From NCBI GenBank assembly GCA_019347895.1, contig JAHWKM010000002.1:8565-72564 (forward strand): a DNA stretch of 64,000 bases, written 5' to 3'. The notes under the pieces were generated by a model that saw nothing but the letters and a program-made list of their open reading frames with translations, was not told the origin of the DNA and ran no database searches. The position numbers and the translations under genes were made by a program. This stretch comes from Candidatus Parcubacteria bacterium (GTDB lineage Bacteria; Patescibacteriota; Saccharimonadia; Saccharimonadales; 2-12-FULL-41-12). Of this stretch, positions 63,225 through 64,000 are shown one piece after another; within the stretch, counting starts at the first letter, position 1, and every line of letters starts with the position of its first letter.

Positions 63225-63881
63225 TCACTTTTGGCCGGCCTCATGATCCGCTAAGAAATTTCTCAATCCGATGTCTGTTAGCGGATGGTTGAACGCTTGC
63301 TCGATCACACTAAGCGGACAAGTAACTACATCGGCTCCGACCAAAGCACAATCCACAATATGCATGGGGTGGCGGATGCTGGCGGCCAAAATTTCGGTTT
63401 CAAAGTCGTAATTTTCAAAAATAACTACCAGTTCGCGAATCAGCTTCATGCCGTCGCTGGAAATGTCGTCAATCCGGCCAATAAACGGGCTGACGTAGCT
63501 CGCACCGGCTTTAGCAGCCAATAGTGCCTGCCCGGCGCTGAATACAAGCGTACAGTTAGTGCGAATACCTTCGTCGCTCAATGTTTTTATGGCTTTGACG
63601 CCCTCGGGAATCATAGGAACTTTGACCACAATTTTGGTATCAATTTCAGCCAGCTCGTGAGCTTCTTTCATTATTCCTTTATAGTCGGTAGAAATCACTT
63701 CGGCACTGACGTTATCTCCCACTATGTCGCAGATGGCCTTATAGTGCTTTAAGATGTTAGGTCGCCCTTTTATACCGACTTTGGCCATTAGGCTGGGATT
63801 GGTAGTTACGCCATCTAAAATACCGTAAGCTTCAGCTTTTTTAATCTCCTCAAGCTTCGCTGTATCAACAAAAAATTTCAT
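63225..63881 (-). CDS. tal: Transaldolase/fructose-6-phosphate aldolase (short TalC/Fsa type)
   Basis: 218 aa. MKFFVDTA, VTTNPS, VKVP (Schiff-base Lys), SPFIGR. Confidence 0.9.
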   Translation of the reverse strand: MKFFVDTAKLEEIKKAEAYGILDGVTTNPSLMAKVGIKGRPNILKHYKAICDIVGDNVSAEVISTDYKGIMKEAHELAEIDTKIVVKVPMIPEGVKAIKTLSDEGIRTNCTLVFSAGQALLAAKAGASYVSPFIGRIDDISSDGMKLIRELVVIFENYDFETEILAASIRHPMHIVDCALVGADVVTCPLSVIEQAFNHPLTDIGLRNFLADHEAGQK

Positions 63882-64000
63882 CAGAACTTACGCACCGCGC
63901 CTTTCCAGACCAAAACCAGTTTGCTCTTGCAAGCCGCTCTTGGCACATAACGCAATTTTTGGCTGCGCTGCTCGTGCAACGTACCGCTTGTACGTTTTAC
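63882..64000 (-). repeat. Family C structured 5' leader, copy 4 (ends at the tal ATG; 5' part cut by the window edge)
   Basis: The reverse complement reads ...AACGTACAAGCGGTACGTT..GAGCAGCGCAG..AAAAATTGCGTTATGTGCCAAGAGCGGCTTGCAAGAGCAA..CTGGAAAGGCGCGGTGCGTAAGTTCTG-ATG, collinear with copy 1. Confidence 0.6.

Noticed and set aside
1-64000. CRISPR arrays, rRNA genes, integrases, prophage structural genes, toxin-antitoxin pairs.
   Set aside because: I found no short direct-repeat/spacer periodicity, no rRNA-like conserved blocks and no tyrosine or serine recombinase motifs while reading both strands. The only transposase-like gene is the RAYT at 38164-38775.

Overview
Gene-dense 64-kb chromosomal window, mostly housekeeping. 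It carries dapB/dapA, class-I fba plus fbp, guaA-purA-pyrF, two tandem archaeal-type purP genes, tgt, pyrH, xth, ridA-ilvA, a DAHP synthase, gltX, tkt/tal and an OtsA-OtsB fusion. It also has monoderm-type surface machinery (two sortases, an LPDTG protein), ComEC, a histidine kinase/receiver pair, one intact tRNA-Ser(GGA) and one tRNA-Leu(CAA). Gene content fits a small-genome Patescibacteria/Saccharibacteria-like or other monoderm lineage, but I cannot verify taxonomy. I saw no rRNA, CRISPR array or integrase.

The main result is in the intergenic DNA, which holds several families of long structured repeats whose helices keep pairing through compensatory substitutions.
- Families B and A form a ~550-nt composite (B, junction hairpin, A) directly after stop codons at 6659-7181 and 53155-53712.
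- At a third locus an AT-rich 1157-aa SF1-helicase/DUF559-nuclease gene (22419-25892) sits at the B|A junction.
- At a fourth locus a MORC-like GHKL ATPase (48759-50219) abuts a lone B. I rank this as the best candidate for an undescribed cargo-carrying or RNA-associated (defence-like) element.
- Family C is a structured 5' leader ending at the start codons of dapB, guaA, a receiver gene and tal.
- Family D is a TGTCCG-N2-CGGACA palindrome.
- An IS200-like RAYT transposase is flanked by inverted REP hairpins.

Other observations:
- Three leader-peptide attenuators, two Ile-rich (one before ridA-ilvA) and one aromatic-rich before DAHP synthase.
- A SAM-I-like riboswitch in front of a frameshifted Cys/Met PLP gene.
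- 3'-truncated thrC and serC.
- Two cases where the 3' end of a gene is duplicated on either side of inserted DNA.
- Degenerate tRNA copies next to both intact tRNAs.

All calls rest on reading the sequence and ORF translations. No database search was run.
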